Positions 46,161 to 56,564 of a DNA stretch of 64,000 nt are shown here, piece after piece (the stretch's first letter is position 1; each line of letters opens with the position of its first letter). The DNA is taken from the IMG/VR virus record IMGVR_UViG_3300010354_000053, positions 40,758 through 104,757 of that record; one strand, written 5' to 3'. Position numbers and translations under genes: made by a program. Source of the stretch: a virus. The notes under the pieces are model-generated. The model searched no databases. It was not told the origin of the DNA and worked only from the letters and a program-made list of their open reading frames with translations.

Positions 46161-49013
46161 TTAGGCAGTTACGCCGGTTGCTCGACGAGCGAGAACATCA
46201 ACCGTAATAAATTCAACTGCTTCCACAGGAAATACGCTAATTGTAACTTTGTACGTATTGCCATCAAGAATAATTGAATCAACGCTGAACTGGCGCAATG
46301 CTCCTTGGCCAACAAAACTCAATAAGATATCTTGCACTGACTTAGATACTACAGAAGGAGAAACGTCTGTCGTTCTTTCGCCAATAAAATTATCTAGAGT
46401 TGAGCGTAGTGTTTTTACGACTTCATCGACTACAAACTGAACATTTACACGTTCGTAGTACCATCCTTTTGGATCATTTTGCCTTGAACGGGTTGATAAA
46501 TCTGGAGATTCCATACGAACACCAAAACCTGTAACTGATTTAAGAACAATCAGTCCAGCTTCGATTGCTTCGTCTAATTCTTTTGTATCTGCATCAAAGT
46601 CTGGCACAAATACGTCAGAATAGAGGCTTAGATCTCCAATATGTTTTACATTTGAAACTTGGAAACTTTTTCTAAGAAGGGAAGTTCCAAGGATTGCCTG
46701 AGCGCGGCCCGCAGCAAGAGCACAAGCAAGCATCCATGGTAAAAACCACTGAGCATCGCCATTAGAGTTAATTGAACGAACCTGTTGAAATGCCATTTGA
46801 ACACGTTCGCTACTAAGTTCCGCGGCTTTTTGTTTAGCTACTGAAAATGAGCTATGGATACTGCACAACGCAAACCGTTCACGTTGAAATTGAATGCTGC
46901 TAGCAGTTTGAACATGGCCTCTAACGGCAGAATTAACTGCGTCGATTGAATATTGACTTGCTTGATCGGTTAAGCCATCTTCAATATCTTTAGTAGAATC
47001 ACGACTAAAGAGAGGAATGACCTGTGATACATCAATTTTCAGCGCAGCGTCGAGTGCTGATTGAATAGAAACTCCGGATGTTGCGCCGATTGAACCCCCT
47101 TCCAAGAATTTAGGAGAAGAAGTCACATCTGGTAGGCCAACAAGAGATGGAGATGCTGAATTCTCAACAAAGCTAATAAGTCCAAAGTTATTATCAATCA
47201 AAGATTTAAAGTCAAAATAGTCTGATTTTAAAAGACCGGGAAATGAATTAACTTCATGGCCGGTACAAATACCAACTGCCTCAACCTGATCAAGAACAGA
47301 TGGGCTAAGACTGCGCCATCTCGCATCTGGAACTCTTGCTGAATAACCAGTTTTTGTACTGATGAATGCAATCAAATCACCGATGGTGTTGTATTTTGAT
47401 AACATTACATCAAGATTAACACCAGAACCACCTGTAACAGAAGTTTTGAGCTTTTTGTCTTTTGTGATAGTAACTGAAGCTGTTGTACCCGCATAACCTA
47501 GTTCAAGAACAATACGACCACCAACAGGTGTGTTAGGAAATTGCGCCCCATCTGACAAACGAGATGCTAAAATTCTTACTCGTTTTTCAGATGCAGATCG
47601 CAAGATTACTGGTCCTACAACAGAACTAATGCCGTTTTCTCTGATATAAAAGGGCATAGTTTGACTATCAAGAGCAGTTGCTGCAACAGATACAGGATTA
47701 TTTACTGAAGAACCGGTAATGCATTTTACGGCTTTGATAACCGCCGCGCCGGCAGAAGTCACAAGCCACGCACCGACGTTTTTAGAACCTGCGCCTTTTA
47801 AAACACTATCAGAAGGGACAACAAGCAATTCACCAATCTTTGGTGCTACCGCAAATGCACCACTGCTAAGAGCGAACGTTCCTTCAGATCCATCTACAGT
47901 TAATGAAACAGAAGCGGAGAGTGATACGTTGGAAGAAACGGCTGCCTTTTTAGCAGACGTCGCCATGAATTTAGAAGGAGCCCAAATTTCTCCGCCCGGA
48001 GCATAGATCTCTGCACACGCGGCTGCACCATTTTTTGTAGTTTCTGTAACTTCAAAAGAAACAGGGGCAAAAACCATCATTTCTGCGGTAGCTGTTGCAG
48101 ATTGGTCTCCAGAAACCGCACCAGAAACTGCAACACACTCTTGAATTGTTCTTTGTCCCGCTGAAACGCAGGCGTCTAAACGATCTAGAACCATTGAAGA
48201 AGAAGTAATTGTTTGGATTTCGTAGTTACCACAATTTTCTTCGCCAGCGCCGGAAAGAACAGATGCTACTGGAATATAGACAATGTCTCCAGCAACAATA
48301 GAAGATGGGAAGGCTCCAGCAGATCTTGAAATTGTAATTTTTGTTGGGTGGTCTACGTCTGGAGAAAGGGACAAGGTTTGTCCGTCAACAAGAGCTAATG
48401 ATTTTAATTCACCACCAGAAGCAGAAAACCCAACTGCGGAAGCATTAAAAATTGCTACTACTTCTGCAACAGTCGCTTCTGGGGGAGCCAGAAATTCTTG
48501 CTCAGCGCCGCCGGATACACGAACTTTATATGCACCACCACTTGTACCCATTAGAGCTCTAGCGGTTGATTTAGGTTTAATCTCGGCAGAAGCTTGTTCG
48601 ATTTTTGCAGAAATTGCATTGCCATCTTCACCGTATTCAGCGGCAGCAATCGTCGCATAAAGGCTAGCTCCACGCATGATATTCATAGAAGCTAGGCCGG
48701 ATTCATTTGTTTTGTAAACAAAAAGGCTGTTAAGAGATCCGGTGAATGCTGGACTAGCTTGATTTGAAAACAGCATTCTTGCCGCATCAACAATTGGACC
48801 AGAACCGTAATAGTTTTTAACTGATTGATAATCCGTGAAAAAAGTACGGCCGAGGTCAAGAAGAGACCCAGGAACACCTTTTGAGGCTTCACCGATAATT
48901 AAAATATTGCGCGGGCCAGGAGCAACATTCGCTAGGTTATCTTCTACCTTTACAGAAGAATAAACACCAGGAACTACAACTCTGGTTCCGTTAATCACAG
49001 CAGATAAAGTCAT
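46161..49013 (-). CDS. Contractile tail sheath protein
   Basis: N-terminal PGVYS...IIGEA..G.P, LEGGSIG, C-terminal LDNFIGE...VFPVEAVEFITV. Confidence 0.88.
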   Translation of the reverse strand: MTLSAVINGTRVVVPGVYSSVKVEDNLANVAPGPRNILIIGEASKGVPGSLLDLGRTFFTDYQSVKNYYGSGPIVDAARMLFSNQASPAFTGSLNSLFVYKTNESGLASMNIMRGASLYATIAAAEYGEDGNAISAKIEQASAEIKPKSTARALMGTSGGAYKVRVSGGAEQEFLAPPEATVAEVVAIFNASAVGFSASGGELKSLALVDGQTLSLSPDVDHPTKITISRSAGAFPSSIVAGDIVYIPVASVLSGAGEENCGNYEIQTITSSSMVLDRLDACVSAGQRTIQECVAVSGAVSGDQSATATAEMMVFAPVSFEVTETTKNGAAACAEIYAPGGEIWAPSKFMATSAKKAAVSSNVSLSASVSLTVDGSEGTFALSSGAFAVAPKIGELLVVPSDSVLKGAGSKNVGAWLVTSAGAAVIKAVKCITGSSVNNPVSVAATALDSQTMPFYIRENGISSVVGPVILRSASEKRVRILASRLSDGAQFPNTPVGGRIVLELGYAGTTASVTITKDKKLKTSVTGGSGVNLDVMLSKYNTIGDLIAFISTKTGYSARVPDARWRSLSPSVLDQVEAVGICTGHEVNSFPGLLKSDYFDFKSLIDNNFGLISFVENSASPSLVGLPDVTSSPKFLEGGSIGATSGVSIQSALDAALKIDVSQVIPLFSRDSTKDIEDGLTDQASQYSIDAVNSAVRGHVQTASSIQFQRERFALCSIHSSFSVAKQKAAELSSERVQMAFQQVRSINSNGDAQWFLPWMLACALAAGRAQAILGTSLLRKSFQVSNVKHIGDLSLYSDVFVPDFDADTKELDEAIEAGLIVLKSVTGFGVRMESPDLSTRSRQNDPKGWYYERVNVQFVVDEVVKTLRSTLDNFIGERTTDVSPSVVSKSVQDILLSFVGQGALRQFSVDSIILDGNTYKVTISVFPVEAVEFITVDVLARRATGVTA

Positions 49014-49090
49014 TGAAAAAACCTCATTTAAGGTTAAGATTAGTATCTAAAATATTATATTCAATAATATAATGATGCTTTTATTCTTAA

Positions 49091-49396
49091 TTACTTAAGA
49101 ATATATCCATACTGTTTCATAACATCAAGCATTTGTTCAGATGTTCCGCTTGTTGCATAACCCTTGTTATTACAAAATGCGATTAATCCGCTAAGATGAC
49201 TTGGTTTATATTTAGGAACAAGTTTATCAGCAAACATACTAGCAACTTGCTCTAATGAAAGAAGTTGCGGCAGTGAGGCTTCTGCTTCACTGGCTTTATT
49301 TTCTGGTACCTCGACTAACTCCTCGGCAACTTTTTTAGATTTCTTTTCTTTAGCCATCGGTCTTTTCCTCGTAATAAAAAGGTTCAATAATACCAA
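49091..49396 (-). CDS. Hypothetical protein
   Basis: About 90-100 aa ORF; start uncertain. Confidence 0.5.
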   Translation of the reverse strand: MVLLNLFITRKRPMAKEKKSKKVAEELVEVPENKASEAEASLPQLLSLEQVASMFADKLVPKYKPSHLSGLIAFCNNKGYATSGTSEQMLDVMKQYGYILK

Positions 49397-49922
49397 TTCG
49401 ATTAACTATATTATAATCCACTGCTTTTTTAGCGTCAAAAAACATATCCACAGATCCATTCTTTTTAAAATCCTGAATAAATTTTTTATAATTTTTAACG
49501 CCAATGTATTTTTCAACGTATTTTAAAAATACTTTTTCTTCGTTTTCAAGATTTTGTATATCTTTTTTGACCTTTTCAAAATTAGCGTCTTCGTAACTCA
49601 CAATGTAATTATGATGCATGAATTGAGCTTCGGGCCATGCAACACGCTCTTCGCCAATACAGGCGAGGACAAGGCCGTAACTTTGAGCAACTGACATAAC
49701 TTGTGTTTTAATAGGCTTTTTGCTGCTGCTGAGCAAATGATAAACAGGTTTGGCAAATTCTACGTTTGAAGATCCCGAACAATTAATGTTCATGAGTATC
49801 CATGGAATCTTTGGATCGTTTTGTAGCTCATAAAAACGATTATAGACAGATTGAAGATCTTTATAAGTCTCAATATCTTCTGGAATCCAAAGTATGTTAT
49901 TTTTTATAACCACTTTTGCCAT
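49350..49922 (-). CDS. ClpP-like serine protease
   Basis: INCSGS, VAQSYG (catalytic Ser), R...PEAQFMHH (His), DMFFDAKKAVDYNIV (Asp). Confidence 0.75.
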   Translation of the reverse strand: MAKVVIKNNILWIPEDIETYKDLQSVYNRFYELQNDPKIPWILMNINCSGSSNVEFAKPVYHLLSSSKKPIKTQVMSVAQSYGLVLACIGEERVAWPEAQFMHHNYIVSYEDANFEKVKKDIQNLENEEKVFLKYVEKYIGVKNYKKFIQDFKKNGSVDMFFDAKKAVDYNIVNRIGIIEPFYYEEKTDG

Positions 49923-50836
49923 TAGATAGTTTCCCGATTTAAAACAAAAATGCTATCTGTATCGACTTTCTGTTCAGCTTTAACTGTTAATTCGACACAA
50001 TCTACACCATTTGATTCTGTTATAATCCACTGTTCTTGTAAAGAACCATTTATAGAATGTTGTGTAATCCAAACGTTAGATTCAGGAAAATCTACACTGC
50101 GGCTTAATGCAGAATGAGAAAATGTAACTTCTTCCATGCCGTTATTCATCAAATACATTCTACTTTGCTTTAATAAATATCTAAGAACACAGGAGATTGT
50201 TTCTGCAAGTTCTGGATCTCCCGCAATATTGAGGTAAACAGAAATTTTTACTCGATCAAATGAAGACCCTATTAGCCGATTTTTTGATTTTAATGGACTT
50301 ACAGCTTTCCAATTCGCCAAAGGTAGAGTTTTATCCGCTTTTATACTCAAAACTAAAACTAAATCATCGTTTTCATCTGCTTGAAAATCGATTATTTGTG
50401 ATTCAAACTTTTTATTTTTGACTAAAAGTCTTCTCCAAATTTTATTTCTTAGATTTAAATCTTTGCTAACAACAATATTTCCGTCATTATTAATATTTTT
50501 AATGTCAAAAGACGCATAAGTTTTTGGATTTATGGCAACTTTTTCGATTCCTGCATAGTCTCCAATAAATTGCTGTTCCTCAGAACCGCCCTCATAGGTA
50601 ACGCATATATTCGGCAATTTATCTAAATCAAGACGATAGCCTAAAACAAAATTAAAGTCGTTTTCTGAAAACCATTTGATAGCTTTATCAATATATTGCG
50701 CACCATATATATCTGTCATTTCGCTGTTAATATCAAATCCACCAAGAAGAAACTCTAAATGTTCTGGTTTTTCTCGTAAAAACGCGAATTGCTTTTTAAG
50801 ATATTGAAGAACATATAGATGAGGAAGAAGAATCAT
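49922..50836 (-). CDS. Probable tail completion/neck protein
   Basis: LPNICV....SEE..FIGD pattern, position upstream of sheath. Confidence 0.5.
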   Translation of the reverse strand: MILLPHLYVLQYLKKQFAFLREKPEHLEFLLGGFDINSEMTDIYGAQYIDKAIKWFSENDFNFVLGYRLDLDKLPNICVTYEGGSEEQQFIGDYAGIEKVAINPKTYASFDIKNINNDGNIVVSKDLNLRNKIWRRLLVKNKKFESQIIDFQADENDDLVLVLSIKADKTLPLANWKAVSPLKSKNRLIGSSFDRVKISVYLNIAGDPELAETISCVLRYLLKQSRMYLMNNGMEEVTFSHSALSRSVDFPESNVWITQHSINGSLQEQWIITESNGVDCVELTVKAEQKVDTDSIFVLNRETI

Positions 50837-50845
50837 AGTGGTTTC

Positions 50846-51742
50846 CTATTCCGGCACGGCGCTAAACGCTCTTTCTAACAAATTTTCAAGAGTGCTTTCA
50901 AAAATAGCCTTTTCGTTTTCGTTCTGCCAATCTAAAACTTTAGAATAGATTTCTTTTCCTGAAAAGCCAGGGTGCATCCACTCAGATGTTCCTGGTTTTG
51001 CGCTCATAGTTCGAAAAATAACATACTTTGTTTTAACAACCTTAGTTTTTCGCCCAGTTGTTTCAAAAGTTTGTTCTCTTATTAGTGTCCCGACCTCGTC
51101 GCTTCTCGTTATAGATTTTTGTATGGTTCGACCTTCGGCGTCTCTTGCTTCTTTCAAGAAAGAAAATTTGGCTTCCTGCAAAACAGAATTTAATTTAGCT
51201 TGCACTTCAATTTCTTTAGACGTAAGAACTGTCTGCTGTGCAGAAAATGGCACAGCTCTTTTCTGTAGTGTCCTAAGAGTGTCTAGTTTTACATTTTTAC
51301 CAGGCATTTCTCGTGACAATGGGATCGTTTTATACGGAAATCCTTTCTTAGAAATTTTTACATTTCCTGATCCAAGAATTTTTTCTTTCATATTAAAAGG
51401 CTTTGCTCCAGCTTCAATGATTCCAATAGCGGGAGAAGATGGAGAAAAATATATATTGTTTGTATTTCCGACGGGAAAAATTTTGAATGAGGTGATGTAA
51501 GCATCTATGACATCTGGATCATCAACGCTTTGTAGAACAATCGCAAAAACCGCCTGTTCTAGACGCGTTTTTACAATTTCTCTTGTAATTTTTTCTAGAT
51601 TCTTTCGTATTTCTGCCTGCTCGAATGATTCGATATATTCAATATACTCGTCATAGAAAGACATGTCCTCGTAGAGCTCGTCTAGCTTATCCCTTCCCAT
51701 GTCCCTTTCCTTATATATATACCCCATATTACTTAAAGCCAA
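50846..51742 (-). CDS. Probable neck/tail-completion protein
   Basis: IEAGAKPFNMK...Y.TIP...FRTMS.....WMHPG pattern seen in myovirus neck proteins. Confidence 0.5.
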   Translation of the reverse strand: MALSNMGYIYKERDMGRDKLDELYEDMSFYDEYIEYIESFEQAEIRKNLEKITREIVKTRLEQAVFAIVLQSVDDPDVIDAYITSFKIFPVGNTNNIYFSPSSPAIGIIEAGAKPFNMKEKILGSGNVKISKKGFPYKTIPLSREMPGKNVKLDTLRTLQKRAVPFSAQQTVLTSKEIEVQAKLNSVLQEAKFSFLKEARDAEGRTIQKSITRSDEVGTLIREQTFETTGRKTKVVKTKYVIFRTMSAKPGTSEWMHPGFSGKEIYSKVLDWQNENEKAIFESTLENLLERAFSAVPE

Positions 51743-51775
51743 CTGTGAAGAAAGACTAAAGAAAGGGAAAACTTA

Positions 51776-52375
51776 TCAAGACATACTCAAAAGATTGTTC
51801 TTAACTAGATCTAGAACTTGCTTCTCTTGGTCCGATAATCCAGAACAGCTGTCAATAATTTTTTGATAAATATTATCACCGGCATCAGCAGAAGCTTCGA
51901 CTCCAATCATTGCTGAAACAGCCTCGAGAAGAGACTGTGGTTTTATTTCTTCTACGTTTTTTACCATTGGTTCAGCGGTCGTAGATTGTGCTAGCTCTTC
52001 CGGTTTTGGGGCTGAAATTTCAGCCATGGCTTGCTCGTGGGCCTTCTTTTCTTTAGACATCGTTCGCTTGAGCATATTAACTTCGCGTTTTAAATCTTGA
52101 ATTTTATTGAAAAGAATTTCTAAATCTTTTGGCATCAGTTCGCTATCTCTTAATGCCTTGAAATCGTGATAATTTAGTTGATCGTGAAGGATTAAATCGC
52201 CTAAATCCTCTGGCATAACGTCACGAGATTGCAGCAAGTTGAAAAACATAGGAATTGGAACATGTTTCTTTTCTAAAAGACTGTAAAGGCCATCTTCGTT
52301 TTCGCCATGACCATAATAAACCGGCTTGTCGTGCATGGTGTAAATTTTCATAGAAAGGATTTTAGGCTCTTTCAT
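51776..52375 (-). CDS. Hypothetical protein
   Basis: 199-aa ORF. Confidence 0.55.
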   Translation of the reverse strand: MKEPKILSMKIYTMHDKPVYYGHGENEDGLYSLLEKKHVPIPMFFNLLQSRDVMPEDLGDLILHDQLNYHDFKALRDSELMPKDLEILFNKIQDLKREVNMLKRTMSKEKKAHEQAMAEISAPKPEELAQSTTAEPMVKNVEEIKPQSLLEAVSAMIGVEASADAGDNIYQKIIDSCSGLSDQEKQVLDLVKNNLLSMS

Positions 52376-52381
52376 TTTTTT

Positions 52382-53254
52382 TTAGCTCCTCGAATTCTTT
52401 GTTCTCTCAGGTTCTATGTTTTTTGGCCATTCGGGCAAATCAATACCAGACGAATCTATCCATAACATTTTTAACACAGCTGATCCCGCAATGTAAGTAG
52501 GAAAGCTGGGTTTTGAGTCATTTCCTGTTTCATTTGAAAATACAGTTCTGAAGACTCTGGGCGTAGATAACACAGAAAAATAAGGTTTGGTCCAATACAC
52601 TATTGATAAAGTTTCACCGCGGCCTTTTCCGGAATCCCATAGCGGTCTTTTTCCGATCCATTCAATCATATGTTCTGTGATAATAAAATCAACGCCATTT
52701 TCATAACGATTATTGCGACCATCGACTAAATAATCAATATCTAAAATAGGAAATTTTAAACGTTGTAAACCATTTGGTTTATATTCAAACAGCTCTTGTG
52801 TTAAAACAGTAACGCCATTGTCGATAGTAACAATATCATTTTTTCTTAAATAGACGCGTTCTTTGTCAGAGCGATCTTCTTCATAATAAGAAGTGTAATT
52901 AACGGACGAAATGGCATGGGTTCCGTGAACGCCTTGAATAATGTATTGGTCTTGCCAGTTAAGTTGCTGGATGGCAATATAAAAAGGTTTAGGATCATAG
53001 AGGTTGTAGCCAGGAATGTCTGTTTTTTCATCCAAAAATACCCCGGCTGCGGGGGTTTCTCTACTGGCTACTAGCGCATGCCTCCAGTGCATAGCCTTGA
53101 ATCCCTTAGATCTAACTAAGTTATCATGTGCTTCGTCACTGAAGATACCACCCGGAACTGCAGGGCCATATGGATGGATACCTCCCGGCAGACCTTTGTA
53201 TTCACTCGAAGTCTTTGATCCAGTCAAAAAATTTGGCGGTTTTTTATCGACCAT
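52382..53254 (-). CDS. Probable head-closure/neck protein
   Basis: G....W..A, L.FPI..I.Y..D....Y..G.DF...I.W...P....SI.Y...P.F.V pattern of K-like neck proteins. Confidence 0.5.
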   Translation of the reverse strand: MVDKKPPNFLTGSKTSSEYKGLPGGIHPYGPAVPGGIFSDEAHDNLVRSKGFKAMHWRHALVASRETPAAGVFLDEKTDIPGYNLYDPKPFYIAIQQLNWQDQYIIQGVHGTHAISSVNYTSYYEEDRSDKERVYLRKNDIVTIDNGVTVLTQELFEYKPNGLQRLKFPILDIDYLVDGRNNRYENGVDFIITEHMIEWIGKRPLWDSGKGRGETLSIVYWTKPYFSVLSTPRVFRTVFSNETGNDSKPSFPTYIAGSAVLKMLWIDSSGIDLPEWPKNIEPERTKNSRS

Positions 53255-53367
53255 GAATTACCTCTTATTTTCTATTATCACACACAATTTATCAGGGGGC
53301 CGGTATTTATTTTTGTTGAGAATGATACATACTATTAGAAATCAACTCTCTAACTGGGGGTACCGAA

Positions 53368-53925
53368 TTGTCCTCAAAGCCTTCTTTCGAAATTTATCTT
53401 ATTCGCTCAAATCCACTCTATGAAAATTTACCGAGGGTTTTTATCACAAAAACAAAAAACGAAAAAATAATATGGGCGTATGAAATTGACGAAATCCAAG
53501 AAGCTCTTTTTGATAATGAATTTTGTTTAGAAGAAGCTGAATTATTAGGAACAATACAAAGTTTAAACCAAGAAACTGAATCTGTAAATCTATCTACACC
53601 AGAAAGAAAAGAACTTTTTTCAGTAGAGCTCACTAAGAAAATTCTATGGACAGTTGAGACACTTATGGGTGATCATCTAATTGCAAAGATGGGTAGTGTA
53701 GTTTATGCCGCAAGGCCAAAAAAAGCTCAAAGAACACCGGAAATCGACCAAGCCGAACAAAATGAAATTAAATCAAAAATAGAAAAGCTGGAATTTAAGA
53801 ACAAAACTAATAAAAAACAACGCCACGAAGATATGTTCATAGATGAAGATGAGGTAGAAGAATATGTACTCAAAAATCGCAAAGGCAGTCGCGGCGTCTA
53901 TAATTCAAAAAACGAAAGGCATTGA
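53368..53925 (+). CDS. Hypothetical protein
   Basis: 185-aa ORF. Confidence 0.5.
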   Translation: MSSKPSFEIYLIRSNPLYENLPRVFITKTKNEKIIWAYEIDEIQEALFDNEFCLEEAELLGTIQSLNQETESVNLSTPERKELFSVELTKKILWTVETLMGDHLIAKMGSVVYAARPKKAQRTPEIDQAEQNEIKSKIEKLEFKNKTNKKQRHEDMFIDEDEVEEYVLKNRKGSRGVYNSKNERH

Positions 53926-54358
53926 TTCGGCACCTGTACTTGAAGAGTTGCAAGCATCCGGGGTGGATAACGATCTTTTGCAAGAAATTGTTCATCTTTT
54001 AGACAGATGCAATTTAATTTATGAATCGGGCGTTCCTGATTATGCAACGGATATTGCAAAAAATAATATTTCTTCTCTAAAACGCAAAATTCTTCTCGGA
54101 AAAACCGATAAATGTATTGAAGAAGAATTAAGATTGTTGAATCAACCCGTAAAAATTTATTTAGGAATAAATTATAGTCGAAATACAGAAAACATGTATG
54201 TGAAATCTGATAATGGAGAAATTTTGACAATAAAAAAAATGAGTAACGTTGCCGATCTTAACAATCATATTGCAACGCATTCAGATAAAGTGGTATATTT
54301 TAATGATGAATTAGTATTTATTGATAAAAATACTTCAGGGCATATTAATCTGCAATAA
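53864..54358 (+). CDS. Hypothetical protein
   Basis: 164-aa ORF, GAGGT RBS. Confidence 0.5.
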   Translation: MYSKIAKAVAASIIQKTKGIDSAPVLEELQASGVDNDLLQEIVHLLDRCNLIYESGVPDYATDIAKNNISSLKRKILLGKTDKCIEEELRLLNQPVKIYLGINYSRNTENMYVKSDNGEILTIKKMSNVADLNNHIATHSDKVVYFNDELVFIDKNTSGHINLQ

Positions 54359-54362
54359 TTCC

Positions 54363-54371
54363 TGATATAAT
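54363..54371 (+). promoter_or_regulatory. Extended -10 promoter candidate (TGATATAAT)
   Basis: TG-n-TATAAT upstream of the protease gene and AAGGAG RBS. Confidence 0.5.
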
Positions 54372-54398
54372 ATTATTGGGAATAATCAAGGAGAAGCC

Positions 54399-55160
54399 GT
54401 GCATATTTATGGTATTGCCGCCACTGAAACAAAAGATCGCACCGGTGAATCTATTGATTTGAATGGAATGGATATTTCAGACGTTCGTCTTTTAAACGAT
54501 GAACATAGCTCTGATAGATTTTTTGAAATCCTAGGATATATTAGCGAATCAAAAAAGATTTTCTCAGAAAAAGATTGTGAAGATGAATATCAACTTAGAT
54601 GTTGGAATTCATTAAAAAAACCTTTTTTGTATATTGCTGGTAAGCTCATGGACGACCACCCAAATGCTCAAAGCGCATCAGCGCTTATCAAATATAGCAT
54701 TCAAAATCCTAATTATCCAGTCGGTTTATCGGTAGAAGGGATGACGGTTGAAAGGCAAGGGAACAAGCTTTTAAAAACAAAAGTAAAAAATGTTTCTTTA
54801 ACTATTAAGCCCGCAAATCCAGAGTGTAAAATCTTTGCTAAGACCGATTTGACTAAAAATTTTGAAAAAATTGATCTTCCAGAAAAATATAAAAATGTTC
54901 ATGATGGTCGTAAACAGTTCCGTGAATTGCCGTCTAAAGAAAAAAGACTATTGGCAAAAAGCGAGTTATTAAAAGAATTAACAGATCTCGCTAAATCAAA
55001 TAATGAACCAGAAATTTTTGGTGCTACTGTAATGAAGTGTTGGAACTGTGGAGAAGGAAAGATGTTCATGAAAAGCAGACTCCCTAATAGGTGTTCTGCG
55101 TGTAATGAACGATTTACCATGTCTGATATTTATAAAGCTATGTGCCAAAAAGCTGATTAA
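54399..55160 (+). CDS. Prohead maturation protease with C-terminal zinc ribbon
   Basis: G.A.TE.KD..GE.I...G.DIS...NDEH, GLSVEG, VSLT.KPANP; C-terminal CWNC...CSAC. Confidence 0.82.
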   Translation: MHIYGIAATETKDRTGESIDLNGMDISDVRLLNDEHSSDRFFEILGYISESKKIFSEKDCEDEYQLRCWNSLKKPFLYIAGKLMDDHPNAQSASALIKYSIQNPNYPVGLSVEGMTVERQGNKLLKTKVKNVSLTIKPANPECKIFAKTDLTKNFEKIDLPEKYKNVHDGRKQFRELPSKEKRLLAKSELLKELTDLAKSNNEPEIFGATVMKCWNCGEGKMFMKSRLPNRCSACNERFTMSDIYKAMCQKAD

Positions 55161-55173
55161 GAGGATTAAAAAA

Positions 55174-55578
55174 ATGTCTTCAGGATTATTTATTAAGGAC
55201 AACTCGCAAATCAGAAGTGAATATGCAGAGTTATGGGCTCCAGGCGCCTCTTCCGTTCCGCCCTCAGCAGCTCTTTTACCTCTTACATCAGTCGATGCAG
55301 CTACGGCAAAACGTCTATTAAAAACTTCTCAAGAATCTAAAATTCTGTATATTCACAATGGTATGAATGTCGAATTAGATATTTGGGTGGTTGCGGCAGA
55401 TCCCGATAGAACAAAACAAAGATGGCTTTCTATTGGTCCTGGTCAAGCGTTTAATTTTGATTTAGCGTCAAATAACCTCCTACTGGAAGCCGGAACAGAA
55501 ATTTATGTCAGTTACAGTGGTGGCGGTTCTGCCATTTCTTTTCCTAATACTCGTCTCCGTCTTTTTACATGGGGTTAA
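55174..55578 (+). CDS. Probable virion structural protein
   Basis: Beta-rich; ATG at 55174 after GAGG RBS. Confidence 0.5.
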   Translation: MSSGLFIKDNSQIRSEYAELWAPGASSVPPSAALLPLTSVDAATAKRLLKTSQESKILYIHNGMNVELDIWVVAADPDRTKQRWLSIGPGQAFNFDLASNNLLLEAGTEIYVSYSGGGSAISFPNTRLRLFTWG

Positions 55579-55581
55579 AAA

Positions 55582-56322
55582 ATGGGCGGTTATGCTATAA
55601 ATATTCCGCCAAGCTTTGAGCTTACCCAAGCTAACAGCTCCACGATAGGCGGGTCATCAGACCAAATAGTATTTAATTGTACTGGCTTAAATGCATTACG
55701 CATACAAGCAGTTGGTGCACAAGCTACAGATAGCGTTTCTGTTTTAGTTTCAATGGATGGAATTAATTTTATGGCAGTACAAACTGCCTTGGGTGATACT
55801 CCATTTTTTTGTAGCGTACATAACTGGGTTTATGCCAAAATTAAACCAGATAACTTTTCTGGTACGCCATATAAAATCTATTGGAAGGGTGACGCAACTA
55901 ACCCATCGCCAAAAATCAACCAAGATGGTTCGTTTAACGTCAATATTTCTGCAACATCTGTAGAAGATTCTGACATTTCACGAAATTTTTTTGGATCAGT
56001 AACTGGTGTTCCAGCAAATATTGAAACTCAAATAGTACAATACACAGTACCACTCGGTAAAAGAGCTGTTGTTGTGCGGGCCGAATATTCTGGCGAACAA
56101 ATTGCTTTGTATAAAGTGTATATTGATAATATTCAACAAGCGGCGCGAAGAACTCATCATGGCATTGGATTAACTGGACAATTTGACTTTACGGATGCGA
56201 TTTCTTCCGGTATGATTGCCCCACCTGGGTCGACAATAAAAATTGCAGTAATACATAATAGACCTGGGCTTGGCCAGTTTGATGCTAGAATCCAAGTCGT
56301 TGAACAAATTCAAGTTGTATAG
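55582..56322 (+). CDS. Probable virion structural protein
   Basis: Two beta-sandwich-like halves; YTVP.GK motif shared with 56565 gene (YVVSAGK). Confidence 0.5.
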   Translation: MGGYAINIPPSFELTQANSSTIGGSSDQIVFNCTGLNALRIQAVGAQATDSVSVLVSMDGINFMAVQTALGDTPFFCSVHNWVYAKIKPDNFSGTPYKIYWKGDATNPSPKINQDGSFNVNISATSVEDSDISRNFFGSVTGVPANIETQIVQYTVPLGKRAVVVRAEYSGEQIALYKVYIDNIQQAARRTHHGIGLTGQFDFTDAISSGMIAPPGSTIKIAVIHNRPGLGQFDARIQVVEQIQVV

Positions 56323-56333
56323 GATAAAAAAAT

Positions 56334-56510
56334 ATGTCTGTAGAAATTCAAAAAAAGAAAGCTTCAGCAGAACTTGCTAGGGTAGTTGCCGCACGACTAG
56401 AAATGGAAGTTAAGCTTTGTGAATTAGAAGAAGCTATCGAAAGAATTAAAAAAGAAATTAATATTCAAAGCCAAAAAGAAGAAGAATTAAAACAAAAAAT
56501 GAATTCTTAA
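56334..56510 (+). CDS. Small coiled-coil protein (58 aa, below ORF-track cutoff)
   Basis: Manual translation MSVEIQKKKASAELARV...QKMNS fills the intergenic gap; AGGA RBS. Confidence 0.55.
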   Translation: MSVEIQKKKASAELARVVAARLEMEVKLCELEEAIERIKKEINIQSQKEEELKQKMNS

Positions 56511-56564
56511 TTCATCATATGTTATGATGCTCTAGATATTTTTTCACTTAGGAGATTAATTTAA

